The notes under the pieces: model-generated
What the model saw: only the letters and a program-made list of their open reading frames with translations
Database searches by the model: none
Told to the model about the DNA's origin: nothing
Part shown: positions 1 to 10,267 of the stretch, in pieces
How positions within the stretch are numbered: the stretch's first letter is position 1
Layout: each line of letters starts with the position of its first letter
Assembly: GCA_947632535.1 (NCBI GenBank)
Contig: CANRPR010000002.1
Span: 12,249 to 44,248, forward strand
Reading direction: 5' to 3'
Source: an uncultured Clostridia bacterium
GTDB taxonomy: Bacteria; Bacillota; Clostridia; TANB77; CAG-508
DNA length: 32,000 nucleotides
Program-made: the position numbers and the translations under genes

Positions 1-3000
1 GAGAATTTAATGTAGAAATTTCTATTAAGCAAATGTACAATTTGACATCTTTAACAGAACTTGCAACCTTAATTGATAACTCAAATACCACATCTGTTAC
101 AAAGATTCAAAAGGCACAAAAAAAGGATTTCTATAATATTTCTGCTGCACAAAAAAGGGTTTATTTTGCTTGTAAAATGAATACAAAATCTGTTTTATAT
201 AATATGCCTGGATATATAAAATTACCTAATAATGCAGATATAGAAAAATTATCTATGTGCGTAGATAAGCTAATTTCTAGACATGAAGCTTTGCGTACCT
301 CATTTATTGAAAAGGATAATGATGTTTTTCAAATTGTCTCAAAGGATGTAAAAATAAATATAGAACATGTATATGGAAAATCTTCTGAATTAAATACTTT
401 ATTACAATCTTTTGTTAAACCTTTTGATTTGCAAAATGCTCCATTATTCAGAATTGAATTCTTGCACATTGATACAGATATATATTTTCTTTTTGACATT
501 CACCATATTATTTGTGATGGACTATCTTTAAATATATTTATAAAGGAACTTTGCTCATTATATAATGGTGATATTTTACCTGATAATAATATATCTTACA
601 TTGATTATACAGAGTGGGAAAATTCTGCTTTGAAAAATGGAAAGTTTAAAAATTATGAAGAGTTCTGGTTAAATGAATTATCAGATTTACCTGCATTAAA
701 TATGCCTTTAGACTACCCAAGACCATCAAAACAGTCTTATAAAGGTGAAAAAACATCTTTTAAAATTAATAATCTAATATTCGAACAAATACAAGAATTC
801 TGCATGAAAAATAATATTACTCCATATATGTTTTTGTTAGGTTGCTACAATGTACTACTTTCAAGATATTGTATGCAAAATGAAATCATTGTAGGATCTC
901 CTATAGCAAATAGAAACATTGATAATGTAACTACTATATTAGGAATGTTCGTAAACAATATTGTATTAAAATCAACACTTGACGATAATTTGGATATATT
1001 AACATATTTAAATAGCATAAAAGATACTGTTATAAATAGCACTGAAAATGGTAGCTATCCATTTAACGAACTAGTAAATAAGTTGAATATAAAAAGAGAT
1101 ATAAGTAGAAATCCTATTTTTGATACAATGTTTATATATCAAAATGATGGTATTGCAAATTTGCACTTAAATAATAACTATATTAATATCAATTTAATTA
1201 ATACTCATACTTCTAAGTTTGACATTTCTTTTGAAATTATACCAACTGATACTGGTGCAGATGTTAATATTGAATATTGTACTGATTTATTTAAAGCTAC
1301 AACTATAGACAGCTTTTATAATTCATTTATAGAAATTATAACTGATATTTTACAAAATCCTACTAAAAAAATAGGTGATGTTAATATTATAACTTCTAAA
1401 CAAAAAGCTCAGATTTTAGATGAATTCAATAATAATAAAACTGCTTATCCTTCAGATAAAACTATTGCAACTTTATTTGAGGAACAAGTATTGAAGACTC
1501 CAAATAAAACAGCAGTAGTTTTCGAAGAAACAAAATTAACATATGACGAATTAAATAAAAAGGCTAATCAATTAGCACATTATTTAAAAACTCTTGGAGT
1601 ATCTCGTGAAGATGTTGTTTGTATATTATTAGATAAATCAATTGAAATGATTATTGCTATACTTGCAATTCTAAAATCCGGAGCAGCATATTTGCCTATA
1701 GATGTATATTATCCAAAAGATAGAATCGACTATATTATTAGAGATTCTAAAGCAAAAATACTACTTACAGATTTAAATTTTGTAGATAAATCTAATTCTA
1801 CAATCAATTCAATTTGTATTGAATTATCTAATACAAATATATATGACAATACTTCTATAGATAATCTAGAAAATATAAATAGTCCTTCAGATTTAGCATA
1901 TATAATGTATACATCTGGTTCAACTGGAAATCCAAAAGGCACTATGATAGAGCAAAAAAGTGTTATTCGTTTAGTAAAAAACACTAATTATATAGCTTTT
2001 GGTGAAAATGAGCACATATTGCAAACTGGCTCTATAGTTTTTGATGCTTGTACTTTTGAAATTTGGGCAGCATTATTAAATGGATTTGAACTATTTATAA
2101 TAAAGAAAGACGACTTATTGGATGCTAATAAATTACAAGATTATTTACTAAAAAATAAAATAACTATTTTGTGGCTTACTGCCCCATTATTTAACCAGTT
2201 ATCAGAAGAAAATCCTCATATGTTTAACCATGTAAAATATTTGCTTACAGGTGGAGATGTTCTTTCTCCAAAACATATTAATATGGTAAAATCGGCAAAT
2301 CCTAATTTAACTATTATAAATGGATATGGACCAACTGAGAATACAACCTTTTCATGCTGCTTTACTATAGATAAAGAGTATAACACCAGTATTCCAATAG
2401 GATACCCTATAGCAAACTCAACTTGCTATATTGTATCTTCTTCTGGCAAATTACTTCCTACTGGCTTTGCAGGAGAACTATGGGTTGGTGGCGATGGTGT
2501 TGCAAGAGGTTACTTAAATAATGAAAAACTTACGAATGAAAAATTCATAGACAATCCATTTGAGTCTGGAAAAATATATAAAACTGGAGATTTAGCTCGA
2601 TTTAATCCAGATGGTACTGTTGAGTTTTTAGGACGAATTGATACACAAGTAAAAATTAGAGGTTTTAGAGTTGAACTTAATGAAATAAATTCAAGAATAG
2701 CACAATATCCTGATATCAAAGAATGTACTACTGTTGTACATAATATAAATAATGAAAAAACTATTTGTGCTTATTATGTATCTGATAAAAATATTGATGT
2801 TAACGACTTAAAAACTTATTTAAAAAATACTTTACCAATATATATGATTCCTACATATTTTATGAAATTAGATAAGTTACCTCTTACTATAAATGGTAAG
2901 ATTGATAAAAAATTATTACCTACAGATTTTAAAAACATCAAACGCAGTAGTAATATTGAGAAACCTACAAATGAAATTGAAACCATTCTTTTAGATATCT

Positions 3001-4433
3001 TTAAGAAGATACTAAACTTTGAGGATATTGGAATTACAGATAACTTTTTCGATTTAGGTGGCGATTCTCTTGGTGCTATGAAAATTCAAATTGAAGCACT
3101 AAGTAAAAACCTAAATATAAATTATGCCGATATATTCAAACATGCTACTGTAAAGGAACTTGCACAATGTGTTAATAAAGAGCATGTTGCATCTTCTTCT
3201 GAATCTATAGATTATTCTAAATATGATAAATTACTGAGTAAAAATGTTTGGTCAGAAGATTTAAAATTAGATTATACACCTATGGGAGATGTATTACTTA
3301 CTGGATTTACTGGCTTCTTAGGTGCACATGTATTAGATAGTTTTATAAAAAATGAAAAAGGAAATATTTACTGCTTAATAAGAAGTAAAAACAATATGAC
3401 TAGCATGGAAAGATTAAAAAATGTATTACACTTCTACTTTGAAGATAGATATGACAAATATATTGGAAATAGAATTAGACTTGTTGAAGGAGATATTACT
3501 TTTTCTAACTTAGGTTTAACACCAGAAGATTATAAAAAATTAGGAAATAGCATAAAAACAGTAATTCATTCAGCTGCTATAGTAAAACATTTTGGTATTT
3601 TTAAAGAGTTTGAAGCTGTTAATATTAACGGTACAAATGAAATTATTAAGTTTTGTAAAAACTTTAATTTAAGACTTATGCACATATCTACAATAAGCGT
3701 TTCAGGTAATGCCTTGGCAGAGCAGTCTTTTGTGGAACACACTTTTAAAGAAGATAGGGATTTTAATGAAACAAACTTCTATATAGGTCAGAACATAGAA
3801 AATCTATATATAAAGAGTAAGTTCGAAGCAGAAAGACTAGTTTTAGATGCTATTTCTGAAGGGCTAGAAGCATACATCTTCAGAATGGGTAACCTAACAA
3901 GCAGATTTTCAGAAGGAAAATTCCAGCAAAATCACTTTGAAAATGCATTTGTAAATAGATTCAAATCTATATTGCAAATTGGTTATGCACCAGATTACTT
4001 GTTAACTACCTATACTGAATTTACACCTATAGATTATTGCGGTGATGCAATAATAGCACTTGCCAGTCATTATAATAAAGATTTAACAGTTTTCCATTTA
4101 CTAAATGAAAAACATGTTACATTAGATAAGCTTTTTGAAATTTTACAAAATCTTGGAATAGATTTAAAAATAGTATCTTCTGAGGAGTTTATAAACATCA
4201 TTGACAATTTATTGCAAGATGAAACCAAAAAATCTTATCTAGAAGGAATTATAAACGATTTAAATAAAGATAAAAAATTAGTATATGAATCTAATATAAA
4301 AATTAAATCTGATTTTTCAAAATTAGTGCTAGAAAAAATTGGATTTGAATGGCCATATATAGATGTAAGATATATTCGTAATTATTTAAAATATTTAGCA
4401 GATATAGGCTACTTTAATATAAAACTTAATTAA
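1..4433 (+). CDS. Non-ribosomal peptide synthetase, terminal module C-A-T-R (condensation, adenylation, thiolation, thioester reductase); 5' partial
   Basis: The reading frame (codons from nt 3) is open to the left edge. The first residues (EFNVEISIKQMYNLTSLTELATLI) look like the tail of a preceding carrier domain. Motifs present: C domain HHIICDG (HHxxxDG); A domain YTSGSTGNPKG, NGYGPTE, YKTGDLAR, GRIDTQVKIRGFRVEL; T domain FFDLGGDSLGAM; R domain LLTGFTGFLGAHV (NAD(P)-binding GxxGxxG) and YIKSK (YxxxK). Confidence 0.95.
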   Translation, partial: EFNVEISIKQMYNLTSLTELATLIDNSNTTSVTKIQKAQKKDFYNISAAQKRVYFACKMNTKSVLYNMPGYIKLPNNADIEKLSMCVDKLISRHEALRTSFIEKDNDVFQIVSKDVKINIEHVYGKSSELNTLLQSFVKPFDLQNAPLFRIEFLHIDTDIYFLFDIHHIICDGLSLNIFIKELCSLYNGDILPDNNISYIDYTEWENSALKNGKFKNYEEFWLNELSDLPALNMPLDYPRPSKQSYKGEKTSFKINNLIFEQIQEFCMKNNITPYMFLLGCYNVLLSRYCMQNEIIVGSPIANRNIDNVTTILGMFVNNIVLKSTLDDNLDILTYLNSIKDTVINSTENGSYPFNELVNKLNIKRDISRNPIFDTMFIYQNDGIANLHLNNNYININLINTHTSKFDISFEIIPTDTGADVNIEYCTDLFKATTIDSFYNSFIEIITDILQNPTKKIGDVNIITSKQKAQILDEFNNNKTAYPSDKTIATLFEEQVLKTPNKTAVVFEETKLTYDELNKKANQLAHYLKTLGVSREDVVCILLDKSIEMIIAILAILKSGAAYLPIDVYYPKDRIDYIIRDSKAKILLTDLNFVDKSNSTINSICIELSNTNIYDNTSIDNLENINSPSDLAYIMYTSGSTGNPKGTMIEQKSVIRLVKNTNYIAFGENEHILQTGSIVFDACTFEIWAALLNGFELFIIKKDDLLDANKLQDYLLKNKITILWLTAPLFNQLSEENPHMFNHVKYLLTGGDVLSPKHINMVKSANPNLTIINGYGPTENTTFSCCFTIDKEYNTSIPIGYPIANSTCYIVSSSGKLLPTGFAGELWVGGDGVARGYLNNEKLTNEKFIDNPFESGKIYKTGDLARFNPDGTVEFLGRIDTQVKIRGFRVELNEINSRIAQYPDIKECTTVVHNINNEKTICAYYVSDKNIDVNDLKTYLKNTLPIYMIPTYFMKLDKLPLTINGKIDKKLLPTDFKNIKRSSNIEKPTNEIETILLDIFKKILNFEDIGITDNFFDLGGDSLGAMKIQIEALSKNLNINYADIFKHATVKELAQCVNKEHVASSSESIDYSKYDKLLSKNVWSEDLKLDYTPMGDVLLTGFTGFLGAHVLDSFIKNEKGNIYCLIRSKNNMTSMERLKNVLHFYFEDRYDKYIGNRIRLVEGDITFSNLGLTPEDYKKLGNSIKTVIHSAAIVKHFGIFKEFEAVNINGTNEIIKFCKNFNLRLMHISTISVSGNALAEQSFVEHTFKEDRDFNETNFYIGQNIENLYIKSKFEAERLVLDAISEGLEAYIFRMGNLTSRFSEGKFQQNHFENAFVNRFKSILQIGYAPDYLLTTYTEFTPIDYCGDAIIALASHYNKDLTVFHLLNEKHVTLDKLFEILQNLGIDLKIVSSEEFINIIDNLLQDETKKSYLEGIINDLNKDKKLVYESNIKIKSDFSKLVLEKIGFEWPYIDVRYIRNYLKYLADIGYFNIKLN

Positions 4434-4445
4434 GGAGGTTTATTT

Positions 4446-6248
4446 ATGAATGTTTATGCAATATTACTATCAATCTCTCTGTTTATGATTACTTTATTTT
4501 TAATATTTACACTTAGAAGAAAACCAAAAAATCAGTTGCAACAAATTTTTAGCGTTAACATTATTCTGATTTTTGAACTATGCTTTTTTGTATTAATGCA
4601 GATTTTGTTTAGTGATCGTTGGGGAATACCACCAATTTATTTTGATTATTTTTCTTATATTTGTGCGTGTTACTTTCCTTTATCACTACTTTTTACAAGT
4701 TTAATTTTTGTTAATACAAAAATTACATTTAAAAAAAGATATTTGCTATTATTTATTGTGCCAACTATATCTTTACTAGTACTTTGGACAAATGATATAC
4801 ATCATTTGTTCTATAAAGTATATTCTATAAACTTAAATGAAACTGTATTTGGGCCATATTTTTACATATACTCTGCCTACACATACTTTTTCATTGTAGT
4901 GGCCATAGCATATCTATTATACTATAGTATTAAAAATTCAGGCTTCTTTTCAAGGCAATCTATACTTATATCAATAGGAACTATTATCCCTGTAATTATT
5001 AATGCTTTAGCAACTTATGGAGTTATAGCATCAACTATTTATATAACGCCTATTACTTTTGTTATAGCTATATTCTTCTATTACTTTGCAGTATTCAAAT
5101 TTCAATTTCTAGGTGTAGCACCTATAGCCTTACAGAAAGTAGTAGACAGAATTTCTGATAGCTATATCATACTAAATGAAGAGAACACTATTATAGATTT
5201 TAATCAAACTTTCTTATCTGTATTTAAGTTAAAACCAACAGATATAAGAAACACAAATATAGAAGAACTTTTAACAGATGTGGGCGAAAATCCTTCAACT
5301 ATAAAGTCATTATTATTATGCCTTGATCAAGTAAAAAGTTCTGGAAAAAGCTTTCATTTTGAAAAACATTTTCCAAGTGTTAATAAATATTTCAATGTAG
5401 AAATAAATGATATAACTTCTAAGAAAAACTTTCTAGGTACACTTATACTACTTAAAGATATAACACAACACGTTTCGGATATGAATACCATTAAGTCTAA
5501 TCAAGATTTACTTATGGAAAAAGAGCGTCTTGCTTCCTTAGGACAATTAATTGGAGGTATCGCACATAACTTAAAAACTCCTATTATGTCTATTGCAGGT
5601 GCTGCGGAAGGTTTATCTGATTTGGTAAGAGAATATAATGCATCAATAGATAATCCTGTTGTTACTTCACAAGACCATCACGATATAGCTCGTGATATGC
5701 AAGAATGGATTGAAAAAATCAAAACACATTCTTCATATATGTCTGATGTTATTACAGCAGTTAAAGGACAAGTTTCAACTTTATCTGAACAAGAAATAAA
5801 TTCATTTACGCTTGAAGAATTAGTAAAACGCGTTAATATATTAATGAAACACGAATTGAAAAATGCATTAATTGATTTAAATGTACATATGGATACAGAT
5901 CCATCTTTACAATTAAAAGGAAATGTTAATAGTTTAGTTCAAGTAATAAATAACCTAATATCTAATGCAATTCAAGCATATAATGGTGAAACAAATAAAT
6001 CTATTGACATGTTTATACATATGGAAAATAATAAAGTAAAAATATCAATTCAAGATTACGGTATTGGTATGAAAAAAGAAGTTCAAAATAAATTATTCAA
6101 AGAAATGGTTACTACAAAGGGAAAAAACGGAACTGGACTTGGATTATTTATGTCATACTCTACAATTAGAGCACACTTTAATGGTACTATGAACTTTGTA
6201 TCTGAACTTGGAAAAGGTTCTACATTTAACATATTATTACCTATATAA
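4446..6248 (+). CDS. Sensor histidine kinase with N-terminal polytopic (about 6-7 TM) membrane domain, PAS-like linker, HisKA and HATPase_c
   Basis: RBS AAGGAGG lies 13 nt after the NRPS stop. The first ~220 aa are hydrophobic. H-box LGQLIGGIAHNLKTPI. N-box NLISNAIQA. G-boxes DYGIGM and GTGLGLFMS. Confidence 0.9.
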   Translation: MNVYAILLSISLFMITLFLIFTLRRKPKNQLQQIFSVNIILIFELCFFVLMQILFSDRWGIPPIYFDYFSYICACYFPLSLLFTSLIFVNTKITFKKRYLLLFIVPTISLLVLWTNDIHHLFYKVYSINLNETVFGPYFYIYSAYTYFFIVVAIAYLLYYSIKNSGFFSRQSILISIGTIIPVIINALATYGVIASTIYITPITFVIAIFFYYFAVFKFQFLGVAPIALQKVVDRISDSYIILNEENTIIDFNQTFLSVFKLKPTDIRNTNIEELLTDVGENPSTIKSLLLCLDQVKSSGKSFHFEKHFPSVNKYFNVEINDITSKKNFLGTLILLKDITQHVSDMNTIKSNQDLLMEKERLASLGQLIGGIAHNLKTPIMSIAGAAEGLSDLVREYNASIDNPVVTSQDHHDIARDMQEWIEKIKTHSSYMSDVITAVKGQVSTLSEQEINSFTLEELVKRVNILMKHELKNALIDLNVHMDTDPSLQLKGNVNSLVQVINNLISNAIQAYNGETNKSIDMFIHMENNKVKISIQDYGIGMKKEVQNKLFKEMVTTKGKNGTGLGLFMSYSTIRAHFNGTMNFVSELGKGSTFNILLPI

Positions 6249-6371
6249 TTAGTAAAGTTCACTATAATTATTTTATTACTGCACAGAATAATAGTTGATT
6301 TTTGTCAAACTTACTAATATAATGTTAATAAACATAAAATGAAGTCGTAAATAAAAAGGAGGATGTACAAT

Positions 6372-7424
6372 ATGAGAATTGGAAATAATAATATTGTTTC
6401 TAATGGATATAAGGTAATCGTAGTAGATGACGAACCTGGAATTATAGATTCACTTTCTATATTCTTAAGGCGTTCTGGCTATGAATTTACTGGAGTTACC
6501 AATCCTTTGGAAGCAATCGAAAGAGTTAAAAATGAACACTTTGACCTTATGATTCTGGATTTTATTATGACACCAATACATGGAGATCAAGTAGTTGAAG
6601 AGATTCGTAAATTTAACAAAGAATTATACATTCTATTACTAACAGGTCATAAAGATTTAGCACCGCCTTTAGAAACTATTAAAAGATTAGATATTCAAGG
6701 ATATTGTGAAAAAAGTGATAAATTTGATCAATTATTATTATTAATTGAATCTGGAATAAAAGCAATTTCTCAAATGAATTTAATAAAACAAATTAATGAG
6801 GAATTAAAAGATACATATGAACGATTAGAGAAATCTTACATGGAAAGTATACAAACTTTAAGATATACTGTAGAAGCTAAAGATGTATATACACGCGGTC
6901 ACTCAGATAGAGTTTCTGAATATGCTGTGTTAATAGGACAAAAACTTGGATTATCTGAAGAAGACTTGAAAAATCTTCGAATTGGTGGACTATTCCATGA
7001 TATTGGAAAAATTGGTGTTCCTGATAGCATTTTATTAAAGCCCGGAAAACTAACAGATAACGAATATTCCGAAATAAAAAATCATCCTACAATAGGAGCA
7101 CATATTCTTTCTTCTGCAAGTATATTTGAACCACTTTTACCTATTGTAAAACACCATCATGAAAGATATGATGGAAATGGTTATCCTTCAAAATTAGCAG
7201 GAGAAAATATACCATATTTAGCACGAATTACTGCTGTTGCAGATACGTTTGATGCTATGACTTCAAAAAGAGTTTATCGTAATGAACTTGATTTAGACTT
7301 TGTAAAAACTGAAATGGAGCGTTGCAAAGGTACTCAGTTTGATCCACAAATTACAGATGCATTTTTAGATATCTTAAATAATAATTATGATAAGATACAA
7401 GAAATACGCGAAAAATATGTCTAA
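6372..7424 (+). CDS. Response regulator with REC receiver and HD-GYP (c-di-GMP phosphodiesterase-type) output domain
   Basis: REC motifs VIVVDDE and LMILDFIMTP. HD-GYP motifs GHSDRV, HDIGKIGVPD and HHHERYDGNGYP. The ORF track starts at 6363, but that ATG abuts the GGAGG. The ATG at 6372 has better spacing. Confidence 0.9.
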   Translation: MRIGNNNIVSNGYKVIVVDDEPGIIDSLSIFLRRSGYEFTGVTNPLEAIERVKNEHFDLMILDFIMTPIHGDQVVEEIRKFNKELYILLLTGHKDLAPPLETIKRLDIQGYCEKSDKFDQLLLLIESGIKAISQMNLIKQINEELKDTYERLEKSYMESIQTLRYTVEAKDVYTRGHSDRVSEYAVLIGQKLGLSEEDLKNLRIGGLFHDIGKIGVPDSILLKPGKLTDNEYSEIKNHPTIGAHILSSASIFEPLLPIVKHHHERYDGNGYPSKLAGENIPYLARITAVADTFDAMTSKRVYRNELDLDFVKTEMERCKGTQFDPQITDAFLDILNNNYDKIQEIREKYV

Positions 7425-7446
7425 TAATACAAATATAAATTTCGAA

Positions 7447-7488
7447 ATCCCAGCAATTATTAAACTATATTTTAATAATTGCTGGGAT
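7447..7488. terminator. Bidirectional intrinsic terminator between the convergent HD-GYP regulator and tex
   Basis: Perfect 16-bp stem ATCCCAGCAATTATTA / TAATAATTGCTGGGAT with a 10-nt loop, flanked by A/T runs. Confidence 0.7.
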
Positions 7489-7494
7489 ATTCGA

Positions 7495-9663
7495 TTATAT
7501 TCCTTTCATACTCAATTTCACTTTTTGTCTTTCTAAATCTATCTCTATTACCTTAACTTTTACAATATCGCCTACTGATACAACGCTTGATGGATTCTTT
7601 ACATACCCATCACTTAACTGTGAAATATGAACTAGTCCATCATGTTTTATACCAATATCAACAAATGCACCAAAATCTATAACATTTCTGACTGTTCCAG
7701 TTAGTACCATTCCCTCCTTCAAGTCCTCTATTTTCAAAACATCATTCCTTAAAATTGGCTTTGGCATATCCTCTCTAGGATCTCTACCCGGCTTTTGTAA
7801 CTCCCCTATAATATCTTGTAAAGTCATTTCTCCAATTTGTAATTCATTTGCCATTTCCAATACATTAACACCGCTTAAACTTGTCTTAATTCGTGATAAT
7901 TTTTCTTTATCCTTTATATCTGCTACTTCATAACCAATTTTATTTAATAACTTTTCTGCCACCTCATAGCTTTCTGGGTGAACCGCTGTTGTTTCCAAAG
8001 GATTCTTGCCATCATAAATTCGTATAAATCCGGCACACTGTTCAAATGCTACTTTTCCTAATTTAGGAACTTTTAATAATTCCTTTCTCTCCTTTAATTT
8101 ACCATTTTCGTCTCTATACTTCACTATATTCTTGCTAATAGTTTTATTTAAACCAGCCACATATGATAATAATGAAGGTGTTGCAGTATTAACATCCACA
8201 CCAACTTTATTTACTGCATCTTCTACTACACCTGTCAAACTTTCTTCTAACCTTTTTTGATTTACATCATGCTGATATTGCCCAACTCCTATTGCTTTTG
8301 GTTCAATTTTTACTAATTCTGCTAAAGGATCTTGCAATCTTCTTGCAATCGAAATTGCCCCCCTTAATGAAACATTAATATCCGGATACTCTTCTGTTGC
8401 TAACTTAGATGCTGAATATACTGAAGCCCCTGCTTCACTTACAATAGCATAATGAACATCCATATTTAATAGCTCTTTAGCAGTTTTTATAAGGTCTACC
8501 ACAAATATTTCAGACTCTCTTGATGCAGTTCCATTTCCAATTGCTATCATATTAATATCATGCTTTTTTATTAATTCTAACAATTCCTTTTTTGCACCTA
8601 CAACATCATTTTGTGGTTCTGTAGGATATACTGTTGTAGTAGCTAATAATTTGCCTGTTTCATCAATTACTGCTATTTTACAACCTGTTCTATAGGCAGG
8701 ATCAAACCCCATAACTGTTAATCCCTTTAATGGTGCGCCCAATAGCAACTGTTTTGCATTTTTTCCAAAAACCTTAATAGCTTGTTCCTCTGCCTTTTCA
8801 GTTAAATCTGAACGAATTTCTCTATCAATAGAAGGTTCAATCAATCTCTCCCAACTGTCTTGAATTGTGGCTTCTAGAAGATTGGTAAACTGTGTTTCCT
8901 CTTTCTTTAGCTTGTCCCTTTTTATAACATACAATATTTTTTCTTTTGGCTTCTCTATTTTAACTTTCAAAAACTCTTCTTTTTCTCCCCTATTAATTGC
9001 CAAAATTCTATGACTAGGAATTCTATTTACATTTTCAGTAAAATCATAATACATCTCATAACTTGACTTCTCGTCTGGTTTTGCAGCCTTGGTCACTATA
9101 ACCGCTTCTCTATAGCAAATCCTCTTTATCTGCTTTCTATATTTTGCTTCATCTGAAATATTCTCTGCAATAATATCTAAAGCCCCCTGTATCGCTTCTT
9201 CTACCGAATTTACTCCTTTTTCCTCATTAATATACTGCTTTGCAATTTCCTTAACATCTTGTATTTCTTCTTGTGCCTCAATTATATTTGCCAAAGGCTC
9301 TAGACCTTTTTCCTTTGCAATTGTTGCTCTTGTTCTTTTCTTTTGTTTATATGGTCTATAAATATCCTCAACTTCTGCTAATGTAGTTGCACCTTCAATT
9401 GCTAACACTAATTCTTCAGTCAATTTTCCTTGAGATTCTATTGACTTTGTAACTTCTTGTTTCCTAGCTTCAAGATTCCTTAAATAATTTAACCTATCTC
9501 CTAAATCTCTCAAAACTTCGTCACTTAATCCACCTGTTACTTCTTTTCTATAACGTGCAATAAATGGAATTGTATTTCCTTCATCTATTAATTTAATTGT
9601 ACTTTCTACTTGTTTGTACTTTATATTTAGCTCATTTGCTATTATTTGTATCATTTTTTCCAT
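7495..9663 (-). CDS. tex: Tex-family transcription accessory protein (YqgF/RuvC-like, HhH and C-terminal S1 RNA-binding domain)
   Basis: N-terminus IPFIARYRKE is typical of Tex. YqgF-like region MGFDPAYRTGCK. C-terminal S1 domain GTVRNVIDFGAFVDIG...GLVHISQL. GGAGAG lies 7 nt before the ATG at 9663. The ORF track start at 9687 is probably too far upstream. Confidence 0.95.
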   Translation of the reverse strand: MEKMIQIIANELNIKYKQVESTIKLIDEGNTIPFIARYRKEVTGGLSDEVLRDLGDRLNYLRNLEARKQEVTKSIESQGKLTEELVLAIEGATTLAEVEDIYRPYKQKKRTRATIAKEKGLEPLANIIEAQEEIQDVKEIAKQYINEEKGVNSVEEAIQGALDIIAENISDEAKYRKQIKRICYREAVIVTKAAKPDEKSSYEMYYDFTENVNRIPSHRILAINRGEKEEFLKVKIEKPKEKILYVIKRDKLKKEETQFTNLLEATIQDSWERLIEPSIDREIRSDLTEKAEEQAIKVFGKNAKQLLLGAPLKGLTVMGFDPAYRTGCKIAVIDETGKLLATTTVYPTEPQNDVVGAKKELLELIKKHDINMIAIGNGTASRESEIFVVDLIKTAKELLNMDVHYAIVSEAGASVYSASKLATEEYPDINVSLRGAISIARRLQDPLAELVKIEPKAIGVGQYQHDVNQKRLEESLTGVVEDAVNKVGVDVNTATPSLLSYVAGLNKTISKNIVKYRDENGKLKERKELLKVPKLGKVAFEQCAGFIRIYDGKNPLETTAVHPESYEVAEKLLNKIGYEVADIKDKEKLSRIKTSLSGVNVLEMANELQIGEMTLQDIIGELQKPGRDPREDMPKPILRNDVLKIEDLKEGMVLTGTVRNVIDFGAFVDIGIKHDGLVHISQLSDGYVKNPSSVVSVGDIVKVKVIEIDLERQKVKLSMKGI

Positions 9664-9947
9664 AACTTTACTCTCCTTAAATATCATGCATTATTTAACA
9701 ACCAATTTGTCCTAAATAGTATAACATATTCAATATAAAAATAAAACAGCATATTTTAAAAAATTATCCATGTAATATTGCATTTTAACTATGTAACACA
9801 TGTTATTACATTTTCCTATACTTTTCGCATTCTTTTAAATGATTTTTGCTGCACACTTTTAAATGCATGATAATATTTTATTAGATTTTTGCCTGATAGT
9901 ATATTTAATTAACACATTCATACATTGCAAAAATAAAATATAAATGG

Positions 9948-10196
9948 ATGGGAAATAGTATGTATTTAAAAAGATTAAAAGATTTAAGAGAAGATTTTGA
10001 TAAAAAGCAACATGAAATAGCATCATTTTTGCAAATTACTAGACAGCAGTACAGCCTATATGAAACTGGAAAGCGTGATATCCCTGCCGAATACATTCGT
10101 GAATTAGCAAAATTTTATCACACTTCTAGTGATTACATTTTAGAACTCACAAATGAAATTACTCCTTACTATGTTTCTACAAAAAAGAAAATATAA
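9948..10196 (+). CDS. XRE-family helix-turn-helix transcriptional regulator
   Basis: HTH_3-like sequence KQHEIASFLQITRQQYSLYETGKRDIPAEYIRELAKFY. An alternative start exists at ATG 9960 (MYLKRL...). Confidence 0.8.
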   Translation: MGNSMYLKRLKDLREDFDKKQHEIASFLQITRQQYSLYETGKRDIPAEYIRELAKFYHTSSDYILELTNEITPYYVSTKKKI

Positions 10197-10214
10197 TTAA
10201 AATTTATATACAAA

Positions 10215-10252
10215 AATTCCAGCGATTTCTCACTGGAATTCTTGCTTTCTTT
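10215..10252 (+). terminator. Intrinsic terminator downstream of the XRE gene
   Basis: Stem AATTCCAG / CTGGAATT (10215-10222 / 10233-10240) followed by a T-rich tract CTTGCTTTCTTTTTT. Confidence 0.55.
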
Positions 10253-10267
10253 TTTCCATTTTAATAT

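Noticed and set aside
845-2719. Short minus-strand ORFs (845..1042, 1730..1984, 2510..2719) inside the NRPS gene
   Set aside because: They are antisense to a gene with unambiguous NRPS motifs. They have no RBS and low-complexity hydrophobic translations, as expected from AT-rich antisense frames.
9780-9815. Imperfect palindrome ATGTAA-N9-TTACAT in the long tex/XRE intergenic region as an operator for the XRE regulator
   Set aside because: The arms are only 6 bp in a very AT-rich spacer where such matches occur by chance. No second copy or conservation evidence is available.
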